From: Candidatus Magasanikiibacteriota bacterium
Lineage (GTDB): Bacteria; Patescibacteriota; Patescibacteriia; Magasanikbacterales; UBA922
Assembly: GCA_003510435.1 (NCBI GenBank)
Contig: DOMK01000020.1
Location: 59,523-123,522 of the forward strand
Reading direction: 5' to 3'
Length of the DNA stretch: 64,000 nucleotides
Made by a program: the position numbers and the translations under genes. Within the stretch, counting starts at the first letter, position 1; each line of letters starts with the position of its first letter. This document shows, one piece after another, positions 41,492 through 50,837 of the stretch. The notes beneath the pieces are model-generated. The model searched no databases and was not told the origin of the DNA. It worked only from the letters and a program-made list of their open reading frames with translations.

Positions 41492-42931
41492 ATGCAAAAA
41501 CGCACGAAAATTGTTTGTACGATTGGTCCGGCTTGTGAGTCAGAAGTTACTCTAACAAAAATGATCAAAGCCGGTATGAATGTGGCTCGGCTTAATTTTT
41601 CTCATGGCATTTGGGAGTGGCATTTGGCTACCTTAAAAAAAATTAGAAAAATTTCTAAAAAACTTAATGAACCAATTGCGATTATTCAAGATTTGCAAGG
41701 ACCAAAAATTCGCGTTGGAGCTTTACCAGAAAAAGGGGTTATTTTAAAAGAAGGAAAGAAAATTTGTTTTGACACTAGTCTGTCTACTTATAAAAATGAA
41801 ACCATTCCAATTGATTACAAAGATTTGCATTTGTATACAAAAAAAGGTGAACGAATGATGTTGGATGATGGGCGCATGGAAGTTGAAATATCAAAAGTTG
41901 CCGGTAATGTTATTACTGCCGAAGTAGTAGTTGGTGGCATACTTACTTCGCACAAGGGGATTAATTTACCAGATTCCAAGTTGGCGATTCGGGCTTTGAC
42001 AGATAAAGATAAAGAAGATGCATTATTTGGAGTAAAAAATGAAGTCGACATGATGGCTTTGTCTTTTGTGAGTAGTGCTCAAGATGTTTTTGATTTAAGG
42101 TTTTTAATAGAGGAGTACGAAAGAAAATTTAAAATAAAAAGAAGTCAACCAATTAAGATTATTGTAAAGATTGAACGTTATCAAGCAGTAAAAAATATTA
42201 AAGAAATATTAGACGTCGCTGATGCTGTGATGGTAGCAAGAGGGGATTTGGGAGTAGAGATTCCACCGCAAAATGTTCCTTTAGTCCAGAAGCAATTGAT
42301 TGACGAATGTTTATTAATTGCTAAACCGGTTATAGTAGCCACGCAAATGCTTGATTCCATGCAAAATAACCCTCGGCCAACCAGAGCTGAAGTGTCTGAT
42401 GTGGCTAACGCAGTCGTGGATCATACTGACGCTGTCATGCTTTCCAATGAAACTGCGACTGGTAAGTATCCAGTTGAGACTGTGGCCATGATGACAAGTA
42501 TTATTCAAGAAACAGAAAAGTCTGTTTATGATGATTTGGAAGTAATGCAATATGTAAAGAAAAAGAAAAAAATTGATGAAGTGGTAAGTGAGATGTCCAG
42601 ACTTCTGGCCGAAAAAGTTGATGCCAAAATAATTTTAGCGGCTTCCATTACTGGTGAAACTGGCAGATTAATTTCTCGTCATCGTCCAGAGCTCCCTATA
42701 GTTGTAGCGACAGACAATGAAAGAACTATGCGCCAGCTCAATTTGTCTTGGGGAGTAAAATCATTTATTTTAAAACCTTGTCGCACAATTGAAGAATTGA
42801 TTGCCAGATCAATGGTCTATGTCAAAAAAGAAAAATTAGCTAAAAAGGGTGATAAAATAATCGTTGTGTCTGGCGAACCAGTAGGTCAAGCCGGACATGT
42901 TAATTTGTTGGAAGTGAGGGAAGTCATTTAG
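41492..42931 (+). CDS. pyk: pyruvate kinase
   Basis: It reads 'TKIVCTIGPA...MNVARLNFSHG' and has 'MVARGDLGVEIP'. Confidence 0.92.
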   Translation: MQKRTKIVCTIGPACESEVTLTKMIKAGMNVARLNFSHGIWEWHLATLKKIRKISKKLNEPIAIIQDLQGPKIRVGALPEKGVILKEGKKICFDTSLSTYKNETIPIDYKDLHLYTKKGERMMLDDGRMEVEISKVAGNVITAEVVVGGILTSHKGINLPDSKLAIRALTDKDKEDALFGVKNEVDMMALSFVSSAQDVFDLRFLIEEYERKFKIKRSQPIKIIVKIERYQAVKNIKEILDVADAVMVARGDLGVEIPPQNVPLVQKQLIDECLLIAKPVIVATQMLDSMQNNPRPTRAEVSDVANAVVDHTDAVMLSNETATGKYPVETVAMMTSIIQETEKSVYDDLEVMQYVKKKKKIDEVVSEMSRLLAEKVDAKIILAASITGETGRLISRHRPELPIVVATDNERTMRQLNLSWGVKSFILKPCRTIEELIARSMVYVKKEKLAKKGDKIIVVSGEPVGQAGHVNLLEVREVI

Positions 42932-43056
42932 GCACATAACACATAACACGAATCATATATCACATACCAACTATGAAATTTGTTATGTGATATTTGTTGT
43001 GTGGTACGTGAAAAAGTGCTATAATATATCTACTTCGTTTTAGGTAAAAAATAGAT

Positions 43057-46000
43057 ATGGAGAGAAAACAAAAAAATATTTTATGGTTTTCTGAGATTGG
43101 AATTACTGATGTGCCACTCGTGGGTGGTAAGAATGCTTCACTCGGAGAAATGTATTCCAAACTAACGCAAAAGGGAATTAGAGTTCCCAATGGTTTTGCT
43201 ATTACTGCTAGTGCTTATTGGTCGTTTTTGAAATTTGCTAAGCTAGAAGACAAAATGAAAAAGGAATTAAAGGGTTTGGATATTTCTAACATGAAAGAAC
43301 TGTCTAGGGTGGGCAAGAGTATTAGAAATTATATTTTGAATTCCCATTTTCCGAAAAGTTTAGAACAAGAAATTATTGTTGAATACAAAAAATTATCTGA
43401 GCTTGCAAAAACCAAAAATATTTCTGTTGCAGTACGTTCATCAGCTACAGCCGAAGATTTACCCGATGCTAGTTTTGCTGGTCAGCAAGAAACTTATCTA
43501 AATGTAAAAGGGGAAGCGGATTTACTTTTGGCTGTAAAAAAATGTATTTCATCACTATTTACTGATCGAGCGATTTCTTATCGTGAGACCAAGGGTTTTG
43601 AACATATGGCTGTGGCTTTGTCTGTCACAGTGCAAGAAATGGTGCGGTCAGATGTTGGTGCGAGTGGAGTTATGTTTACGCTTGATACTGAGTCTGGTTT
43701 CAAAGGTGTCGTTCTGATCAACGCGGCTTATGGCTTGGGTGAATATGTCGTAAAAGGCCGAGTGACACCCGACCAATTTTATGTTTTTAAAGAAGGGGTA
43801 AAACAAGGAAAAAAGGCTATAATTAGCAAAATTTTGGGTAGTAAAGAAGTAAAATTGGTTTATGGTAAGACTGTAGGAACAAAACAGGCCAATGTAAAAC
43901 ATGTTGATAGAAATAAATTTGCCGTTACTCCAGACGAAGTTATTCAATTATCAAAATGGGGTGTGATGATTGAGGAACATTATGGCAAGTCTCAAGATAT
44001 TGAATGGGCGAAAGATGGTATTACTGGCAAATTATATATTGTTCAGGCCAGACCAGAAACAGTCAAAGCCAGGTCAAGTCACTCAGTGATTGAAAGATAC
44101 GAACTCAAGAAAAAAGGAAAATTATTATTGCGTGGTACTGCAGTTGGTCAGAAAATTGGCGCAGGCAAAGCCAGAGTAATTGAAAATCCTAAACAAATGA
44201 AATCTTTTAAAAAAGGCGAAATTTTAGTAACACGCATTACTGATCCAGACTGGGAACCAATCATGCGCATTGCTTCGGCCATTATTACTGAACAAGGTGG
44301 TAAAACAAGTCACGCCGCGATTGTGTCGCGCGAATTGGGTGTGCCGTGTATTGTTGGTGCCAGTGGAGCGAGAAAAATGTTAAAAACTGGTAAACCAATT
44401 ACTGTTAGCTGTGCCGAAGGTGATGAGGGTTTTGTCTATTCTGGAGTTTTGCCATTTGAAGTCAAGAAAACAGAAATAAAAGATGTAGCCAAAACCAAAA
44501 CTAAGATTATGATGAATGTGGGTGATCCTGACAATGCCTTTGCTTTATCATTTTTACCCAATGACGGGATTGGTCTCGCGCGAGAAGAATTTATTTTTTC
44601 AAATTTTATTCGGATTCATCCTTTGGCTTTAATAAATTATGATAAACTGAAAGATAAAAAAGCCAAAAAAATAATTGCGGACATGACTCATGGTTACAAA
44701 AAGAAATCAGATTATTGTGTAGATAAGTTGGCCGAAGGGATTGCTAGAATTGCCGTTGCATCATACAAAAATGATGTGATTGTTCGTTTGTCAGATTTCA
44801 AAACTAATGAATATGCTACACTGATTGGTGGTAAAGAATTTGAACCAAAAGAAGAAAACCCAATGATTGGTTGGCGGGGAGCGAGTCGGTATTATTCCAA
44901 AGAATATAAAGCGGGCTTTAAACTTGAATGTGAAGCTTTGAAAAAAGTGCGCAATGAATGGGGGCTAACTAATGTCATTGTCATGGTGCCGTTTTGTCGC
45001 ACACCAGAAGAAGGAGAACAAGTAATCAAAACAATGGAAGAATTTGGTCTCAAACGCGGGGAAAATGGTCTACAGGTCTATGTTATGTGTGAAATTCCAT
45101 CCAATGTTATATTGGCCGAAGAATTTGCCAAAATTTTTGATGGCTTCAGTATTGGTTCCAATGATCTTACCCAATTAACTCTAGGAGTAGATCGTGATTC
45201 AGCTTTAGTAGCTCATATTTATAATGAAAAAAATAAAGCCGTGACAACTTTGATTCGTGATGTGATTCGTGTGGCTCACAAACACAAAAGAAAAGTAGGT
45301 ATTTGTGGCCAAGCACCGAGTGACTATCCAGAATTCGCGGAAATGTTAGTGCGTGAGGGAATTGATAGTATTTCACTCAATCCTGATACAGTAATATCAA
45401 CGCGAGAACGGATTGCCTATGTAGAAAAAACTTTGGGCAAAAAAGGTAGAAAAACTAGTCTTAAATTTTTGAGTCTAGTGGCCGTGTTTGGAATTTTGGG
45501 TGCTAGTTTAATCAGTTTAGGTGCTGGTTGTACCAAGACCACGATTGAAAAAACTATGCCAACTGTCCAAAAAAATGAATTGAGTCCAGCTCAGTTGCGC
45601 TTAAAAATTTTGGAAAATCAAAAACAAGCTCTGACCCAAAGTTTAAAAATTAACACCTTTGCTAATTTTGAAATGAAATATCCCGCCACTTGGCAAGTGG
45701 AAGAATGGACTGGTGGCGTCACTCTGCGTAATTTGGCTACGGGTGAATACGTTAGCATTTTTAAACAATTGGTTTCTCCCCCAGTAAAAGAAGTGAGTTC
45801 TTCCACCACTGTGTCTGGTATTCCGGTATTGATTTATTCCGATACGCCCAGTATTACAAGTTCTATGATGTATCTAATGGCAGAAATTCCTTATCAGGAT
45901 GAAATTATTCAGTTTGATACCAATGCTCTTGGTTTGGGAATTGAAATGATGGAAACAATGAAATTTAATAAACCAGAAGTTGGTTTGCCAGATAAGACCA

Positions 46001-46149
46001 CTAGTCATTGGGATGTTCGTGAGCGCAAAGTCTGTGTCCAAATGATTACTTACGCCAGACAAAACAAAGATAGTGATTGCCAGATGTTTTCTACCCCTTG
46101 TGAAGTCCCAGATAATTGGCAAGTATGTGATCGGGGTACTATAAATTAA
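43057..46149 (+). CDS. ppsA: phosphoenolpyruvate synthase (pyruvate, water dikinase) fused in frame to a C-terminal extension of about 240 aa carrying a signal-peptide/lipobox-like hydrophobic segment
   Basis: The N-terminal 'VPLVGGKNASLGEMY' and PEP-utilising domain are present. After about 790 aa comes 'GKKGRKTSLKFLSLVAVFGILGASLISLGAGC', then an unknown domain. Confidence 0.85.
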   Translation: MERKQKNILWFSEIGITDVPLVGGKNASLGEMYSKLTQKGIRVPNGFAITASAYWSFLKFAKLEDKMKKELKGLDISNMKELSRVGKSIRNYILNSHFPKSLEQEIIVEYKKLSELAKTKNISVAVRSSATAEDLPDASFAGQQETYLNVKGEADLLLAVKKCISSLFTDRAISYRETKGFEHMAVALSVTVQEMVRSDVGASGVMFTLDTESGFKGVVLINAAYGLGEYVVKGRVTPDQFYVFKEGVKQGKKAIISKILGSKEVKLVYGKTVGTKQANVKHVDRNKFAVTPDEVIQLSKWGVMIEEHYGKSQDIEWAKDGITGKLYIVQARPETVKARSSHSVIERYELKKKGKLLLRGTAVGQKIGAGKARVIENPKQMKSFKKGEILVTRITDPDWEPIMRIASAIITEQGGKTSHAAIVSRELGVPCIVGASGARKMLKTGKPITVSCAEGDEGFVYSGVLPFEVKKTEIKDVAKTKTKIMMNVGDPDNAFALSFLPNDGIGLAREEFIFSNFIRIHPLALINYDKLKDKKAKKIIADMTHGYKKKSDYCVDKLAEGIARIAVASYKNDVIVRLSDFKTNEYATLIGGKEFEPKEENPMIGWRGASRYYSKEYKAGFKLECEALKKVRNEWGLTNVIVMVPFCRTPEEGEQVIKTMEEFGLKRGENGLQVYVMCEIPSNVILAEEFAKIFDGFSIGSNDLTQLTLGVDRDSALVAHIYNEKNKAVTTLIRDVIRVAHKHKRKVGICGQAPSDYPEFAEMLVREGIDSISLNPDTVISTRERIAYVEKTLGKKGRKTSLKFLSLVAVFGILGASLISLGAGCTKTTIEKTMPTVQKNELSPAQLRLKILENQKQALTQSLKINTFANFEMKYPATWQVEEWTGGVTLRNLATGEYVSIFKQLVSPPVKEVSSSTTVSGIPVLIYSDTPSITSSMMYLMAEIPYQDEIIQFDTNALGLGIEMMETMKFNKPEVGLPDKTTSHWDVRERKVCVQMITYARQNKDSDCQMFSTPCEVPDNWQVCDRGTIN

Positions 46150-46171
46150 TAGTAATATTATTTAAAATCAT

Positions 46172-46200
46172 AAAACTCCTTGGTAAAAAGGAGTTTTATT
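46172..46200. terminator. bidirectional terminator (aaaactcctt ggtaaa aaggagtttt)
   Basis: A 10-bp stem is followed by a T-run. Confidence 0.65.
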
Positions 46201-46248
46201 ATAGATAAAATTGACCAGATGAAGATTTTTTAGTATTATTATATAAGT

Positions 46249-46995
46249 ATGAATAAAAGAAATAAAATTATTATATTAATTTTAGTGCTAGGCTTTATTA
46301 GTATTTATCTCAACCGAGCTTATGCTTATTTTTATAATCATATTGGCAAGGTCAATTTGGCGAGCCAGTTTTTTGATTATGAAGAGCCATTGTTAATTGG
46401 AGAGACTAAAGGAACAACCATAGATTATGTCGCTTTGGGTGATAGTCTTACTTATGGTGTGGGTGCGAGCAAAATAGAAAATAGCTTTCCCTATATTTTG
46501 GCTAATGATTTATTTCTTGATGCGGACAAGTCTTTAAAATTGTATAATCTTGGTATTCCTGGTGCCAAGATACAAGATGTGATTGATTATCAATTGGACA
46601 AAACAATCGCTCTAAACCCAGATTATATTACTGTATTTATTGGAATAAATGATATTCATGGTTTAGTTGGACCACAAGTTTTTGCCAGTGACTTAGCTTA
46701 TTTATTAGAGCGTCTAACAAAAGAAACCGAAGCCAAAATTGTTATAATAAATTTGCCATATTTAGGAAGTAAAGATTTGGTTTTATTTCCATATAATTAT
46801 ATTTTAGATTGGCGGACGGTGGAGTATAACAAATATATTGAAAAAGTGTCTAAGTTTTATGGTTTAGAATTGGTTGATTTGTATAGTTATACCAAGAGAG
46901 AATTAAAAACAAATCAGTCTTTTTATTCAGCCGATTTATTTCACCCGTCAGATGTTGGCTATAAATTGTGGGCAGATTACATTTATGCAAATTGA
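46249..46995 (+). CDS. SGNH/GDSL hydrolase family protein, membrane-anchored
   Basis: It has an N-terminal TM helix, 'YVALGDSLTYGVG' (GDS block I) and 'DLFHPSDVGY' (DxxH block V). Confidence 0.8.
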   Translation: MNKRNKIIILILVLGFISIYLNRAYAYFYNHIGKVNLASQFFDYEEPLLIGETKGTTIDYVALGDSLTYGVGASKIENSFPYILANDLFLDADKSLKLYNLGIPGAKIQDVIDYQLDKTIALNPDYITVFIGINDIHGLVGPQVFASDLAYLLERLTKETEAKIVIINLPYLGSKDLVLFPYNYILDWRTVEYNKYIEKVSKFYGLELVDLYSYTKRELKTNQSFYSADLFHPSDVGYKLWADYIYAN

Positions 46996-48103
46996 AATTT
47001 TAAATCCAATCTTACAAACCCAGATTTTTTCATTGATTTTTGTCATGGCTATTTTAATTTCTATTAGAAAGAAACCAGATAAAGAATTTTTTCCGATTTC
47101 TCTTACCAATGAATTGAAAGGGGTGGCAATTTTGGCTGTGGTTTTTTCTCATATTGGTTATTTTTTGGCGACTGACACAAGATTTTTATTTCCTTTATCA
47201 ATTTTGGCTGGAGTCGGGGTGGATATGTTTTTATTTTTATCTGGTTATGGTTTAGCCGTGTCAGCTATCAAAAAAACTTTATCGCCAGTCCAATTTTATT
47301 TGAAGCGGGTAATAAAAATTTTTATTCCCATGTGGTTTGTTCTAATTGCCTTTTTTTCTTTGGATTGGTTCATATTACATCAGACTTACCCAATTGCAGA
47401 AGTAGCGCAGAGTTTTATTGGTTTTTTCAAAGAAGCTGATTTATTTGGTGATGTTAATTCGCCTTTGTGGTTTATTACTTTGCTATTATTTTATTATTTA
47501 GTTTTTCCTCTGGTTTTTAAAAAAGATCACCCAATTTTATCCGCCCTGGTATTGTTTTTTGGTGGCTATTTTTTAATTGATTTTAATTTTGAGACAGTGT
47601 GGCGAGTAAATCATTTACATCGTTTACATTTTATGGCTTTTCCTCTAGGTGTAGTTTTTGCCGGTTTAGTAGTCGCACCAAAAGTAAAAAATTATATCCA
47701 AGTGCTAAGGAATTATTTGTCTAATAAAGAATGGTTAGTAGTTTTAAGTAAGTTATTATTAGCTAGCATAGCTTTTGCTGGATTTTTATATTTTGGGATT
47801 AATTCTGGCGTAGGTCAAGAGCCGTGGTTAGAACAGAATATTAAAATTATAACGGTGTTATCAATTGTAATATTATTTTTACTCAAACCGTTCAGTTTAA
47901 GATTTTTTAGTTTGGTTGGGATTTATTCTTACGAGATTTATCTTTTGCATTGGCCAATAATGTATCGGTATGACATCTTTTATGCCTGGCTTCCGGCTGG
48001 GGTAGCGACGGCTTGTTATATTGGTTTGTTTGTTTTACTCGGGTTTGGTTTACAAAAGTTGACTGGTTTAATAACCAAGTATTTGCCTTTTACTAAGGGG
48101 TAA
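46985..48103 (+). CDS. acyltransferase-3 (OatA/OafA-like) family membrane acyltransferase
   Basis: It has 'LKGVAILAVVFSHIGYF' and about 10 TM helices. It overlaps the SGNH gene stop by about 11 nt. Confidence 0.75.
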   Translation: MQIEILNPILQTQIFSLIFVMAILISIRKKPDKEFFPISLTNELKGVAILAVVFSHIGYFLATDTRFLFPLSILAGVGVDMFLFLSGYGLAVSAIKKTLSPVQFYLKRVIKIFIPMWFVLIAFFSLDWFILHQTYPIAEVAQSFIGFFKEADLFGDVNSPLWFITLLLFYYLVFPLVFKKDHPILSALVLFFGGYFLIDFNFETVWRVNHLHRLHFMAFPLGVVFAGLVVAPKVKNYIQVLRNYLSNKEWLVVLSKLLLASIAFAGFLYFGINSGVGQEPWLEQNIKIITVLSIVILFLLKPFSLRFFSLVGIYSYEIYLLHWPIMYRYDIFYAWLPAGVATACYIGLFVLLGFGLQKLTGLITKYLPFTKG

Positions 48104-48418
48104 AATAAAAATAATTAACAGCAGAAATAGCTAATATTAGCTATTTTTTTATTTTTAAACATGTTTAACTATTGACCCCACAGAATGTCATGCCTGGTTC
48201 GCTTCGCTTCACCATGGCTGACATCAGCGGGGCGAGATCAGGTTTTGCATTTTTTTGTCTATTATCATTATTTTGAGTTTTGCCATTATCTGGGGATAAT
48301 AACATTGACAAAGTCCTCGAAATATGGTATTTTTGTATGTTCAAAAAAGTTGGTTGGCAACTAGGTGTTCGTATAAAATGAATACCAAGGTGCCTATCAA
48401 CCCAAAGAAGGAGGTCCC

Positions 48419-48616
48419 ATGAAGGGATTCCTGCTGCGGTTTCTAGCCCTTCTGGCGATGATGTTCGTCGTCAGCGCCTGCGAGTCGGAGACGGGTTACA
48501 CCGTCTGCGAACAGCAGTGCGAGTCCAAGGGCGTGTCGTCCGAGGACTGGGACGAATGCATCGGAGGATGCGAGGCTGAGGCTGAGGTCGAAGCCAAGCG
48601 TTTTTCGGACATGTAG
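48419..48616 (+). CDS. GC-rich small Cys-rich lipoprotein-like peptide (65 aa)
   Basis: A perfect GAAGGAGG Shine-Dalgarno site is present. The signal peptide ends in lipobox 'VVSAC', followed by six further Cys. The GC-rich codon usage is foreign to the host. Confidence 0.45.
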   Translation: MKGFLLRFLALLAMMFVVSACESETGYTVCEQQCESKGVSSEDWDECIGGCEAEAEVEAKRFSDM

Positions 48617-48775
48617 TCCCAGATACGGCACGACAGGCCACATTCCCGTCGACTATTAAGAGAGGTCGACAGCGCTGGGAGCAAACATCTCTTTTCTGAA
48701 GGAGGGCTGGAGTCAATAAGCGCAATTGATTCCGTCCGATTATTATTTCTATTTTAATAGAAGTTATTGAGGAAT

Positions 48776-48810
48776 AAAAACCCCAGGCTTTGTCTGAGGG
48801 TTTTTATTTG
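48776..48810 (+). terminator. rho-independent terminator (aaacccc...gggttttt)
   Basis: A bulged hairpin is followed by a T-run. Confidence 0.55.
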
Positions 48811-48831
48811 AAGCTTGGAAAAACCCTGATA

Positions 48832-48860
48832 TTGACATAATTTGTTAAATCGTGTATTAT
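48832..48860 (+). promoter_or_regulatory. promoter TTGACA, 17 bp, TATTAT
   Basis: The spacing is consensus, about 30 nt upstream of the small basic ORF. Confidence 0.55.
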
Positions 48861-48889
48861 ATTATCACTTATATTTAAACATACTTTAT

Positions 48890-49003
48890 ATGGGAGTTAG
48901 AAAGAGTAATAATCAAAAAGCTAAATTGGAACGAGCTGTTGCCAAGATTAGACGTGACAAAAATAAACTTAAAAGATTGAGAAAAGCTGAGGCAACAAAA
49001 TAA
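48890..49003 (+). CDS. very small highly basic protein (37 aa, MGVRKSNNQKAKLERAVAKIRRDKNKLKRLRKAEATK)
   Basis: It is not in the ORF track because it is under 60 aa. It has its own consensus promoter and lies upstream of tRNA-Asp. Confidence 0.35.
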   Translation: MGVRKSNNQKAKLERAVAKIRRDKNKLKRLRKAEATK

Positions 49004-49060
49004 TCTTGTCAAAATAAATTGATTGTGATAAAATTATTTCGTCCTTTTTAGGACGTTTAC

Positions 49061-49137
49061 GGACTGGTAGTTCAACTGGTTAGAGCACCGCCCTGTCACG
49101 GCGGAAGTTGCGGGTTCGAGTCCCGTCCAGTCCGCCA
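49061..49137 (+). tRNA. tRNA-Asp (anticodon GTC), CCA encoded
   Basis: It has acceptor GGACTGG/CCAGTCC, anticodon loop CTGTCAC, T-loop TTCGAGT and discriminator G plus CCA. Confidence 0.8.
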
Positions 49138-49143
49138 ACAAAA

Positions 49144-49170
49144 ATAGAGCCAAGAGCTCTTTTTTTGTTT
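49144..49170 (+). terminator. terminator after tRNA-Asp (agagc caaga gctct plus T8)
   Basis: A short stem is followed by a T-run. Confidence 0.45.
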
Positions 49171-49411
49171 TGATTTTAGGTATTAGAAATTAGAATAATT
49201 TGATAATAATATAAAAACACACTGATGTGTGTTTAAAAGAGACTACTTGTCGTTATATCGGACTTTTCGGAATTATGATCAGACCCACTAGGTGTTCAGC
49301 GTAGGCATTGGGACCAAAGGAGGGGGTGGTCCCGCCGTACACCGAACACTCAGCAGGCCTTATGTATGCCTCATCTTAGCATGGATAAAATCATTTGTCA
49401 ATATTGGCTTG

Positions 49412-49460
49412 TGGAAAAATAAATCCGCCTCGAGTACTCGGGGCGGATTTTGTGTTTTGG
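49412..49460. terminator. strong bidirectional terminator (14-bp stem aaatccgcctcgag/ctcggggcggattt) ending the infC–rpmI–rplT operon
   Basis: The long GC-containing stem has A/T runs on both sides and lies immediately 3' of rplT on the minus strand. Confidence 0.75.
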
Positions 49461-49490
49461 TGTTTTTGTGCGGAAGTGTTTAGGTGATTA

Positions 49491-49835
49491 TTATTTTACG
49501 AACTCTACGATCTTAGCAAAAACTTTTGGTTCTTTGTCAGCAATTTGGGACAAAACTTTTCTATCTAATAAGATTTGTTTTGTCTTTAGGGCTCCCATGA
49601 ATTTGCTATAGCTTAGATCAAATAATCTGACAGCGGCATTGATTCGAACTTGCCATAAACCACGCATAGTTCTCTTTTTAACGCGACGATCGCGGTAAGC
49701 ATGAGCACCAGCTTTGGTATCAGCAGTTTGAGCCAAGGCAATAAGATTTTTTCTACCAGCTTCAAAACCTTTTACTCTTTTCATTAGTCCTCGACGTCTT
49801 TTTAAGTGTAGGACTCCACGTTTAACTCTAGGCAT
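49491..49835 (-). CDS. rplT: 50S ribosomal protein L20
   Basis: It reads 'MPRVKRGVLHLKRRRGLMKRVKGF...' and is basic. Confidence 0.92.
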   Translation of the reverse strand: MPRVKRGVLHLKRRRGLMKRVKGFEAGRKNLIALAQTADTKAGAHAYRDRRVKKRTMRGLWQVRINAAVRLFDLSYSKFMGALKTKQILLDRKVLSQIADKEPKVFAKIVEFVK

Positions 49836-49857
49836 AAAATTTTTTGTTTATAATTGA

Positions 49858-50064
49858 TTAGAAATTTTTAATCGCGCGACTGATAGTATCTCTCATGGTA
49901 TTGGACATGGTTTTATCAGAGCGTTTATTGCGTCTGGTTTTACCAGTTTCGCGAGAATTAAAATGATCTTGTCCATTGGTGCGTTTGATAAATTTTACAC
50001 CGGAAGAACTTTTCTTTACAGCAAATCTTTTTGCAGTCGCTTTGTGTGTCTTAGCTTTTGGCAT
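49858..50064 (-). CDS. rpmI: 50S ribosomal protein L35
   Basis: It reads 'MPKAKTHKATAKRF...' and is 68 aa. Confidence 0.9.
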   Translation of the reverse strand: MPKAKTHKATAKRFAVKKSSSGVKFIKRTNGQDHFNSRETGKTRRNKRSDKTMSNTMRDTISRAIKNF

Positions 50065-50161
50065 ATAAATAACTTAGATATTTTATAAAGGGATTAACGT
50101 GTTAAAAAGTGGTGAGATTATACCTTAATCTTGGTTTTAAGTCAAGATTTGTCCCTGTTGA

Positions 50162-50710
50162 TTATTTTTTAGCAATAATAGCGGTCACTTTGTTGCCTTG
50201 TTTGGTTGGCTCTTGTTCAGTTCTAATCTCCATTTTTTCCTTTATTAGAGCCAAATATTTCTTCAGAACTTCAAAAGCGAGCTGTGGTTTGGTGTTTTCT
50301 CGGCCTTTTAAAATGATTTCTACTTTTACTTTATCACCGCGATCTAGGAATTTTTCAGATTGCTCTACTCTTATTTCCAAATCGTGCTCACCAATCCGGA
50401 CAGATAGCCTTACGCCCTTAGTTTCAGTCTCATGAGTTTGAACTTTTTGTTTGCGAGCTTCTTTTTCTTTTTGATATTTAAAATGAGAAAAGTCAACTAT
50501 TTTGCAAACTGGTGGAGTGACTGTAGGGTTGATTTCAACCAAATCCATTTCTTTTTCTTCAGCCAAATGCAGAGCTTGTTCCAAAGTCATGACACCGAGA
50601 TTTTCATTATTATCACCAATCACGCGTACTTCTGGTACACGAATTCTATCATTCAGTTGATAGTGGGGGATAAGTGGTTTGTCTGGTCTTTTTTTACGAC
50701 TAATACGCAT
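50162..50710 (-). CDS. infC: translation initiation factor IF-3
   Basis: It reads 'IRVPEVRVIGDNNENLGVM...' and 'DLVEINPTVTPPVCKIVDF', and heads the infC–rpmI–rplT operon. Confidence 0.9.
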   Translation of the reverse strand: MRISRKKRPDKPLIPHYQLNDRIRVPEVRVIGDNNENLGVMTLEQALHLAEEKEMDLVEINPTVTPPVCKIVDFSHFKYQKEKEARKQKVQTHETETKGVRLSVRIGEHDLEIRVEQSEKFLDRGDKVKVEIILKGRENTKPQLAFEVLKKYLALIKEKMEIRTEQEPTKQGNKVTAIIAKK

Positions 50711-50837
50711 AATAAATAGTTATAAAGTTATAATAATGTTTGCGATGCTAATATACTAATTCATACTAATAATACTAATGTCGTATATTTCGTAATTAGT
50801 ATTATTAGTACCATTCGTATATTGGTATCGTGTTTCG

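Noticed and set aside
50109-50719. Plus-strand ORFs opposite infC
   Set aside because: They are antisense to a well-conserved IF-3 gene.
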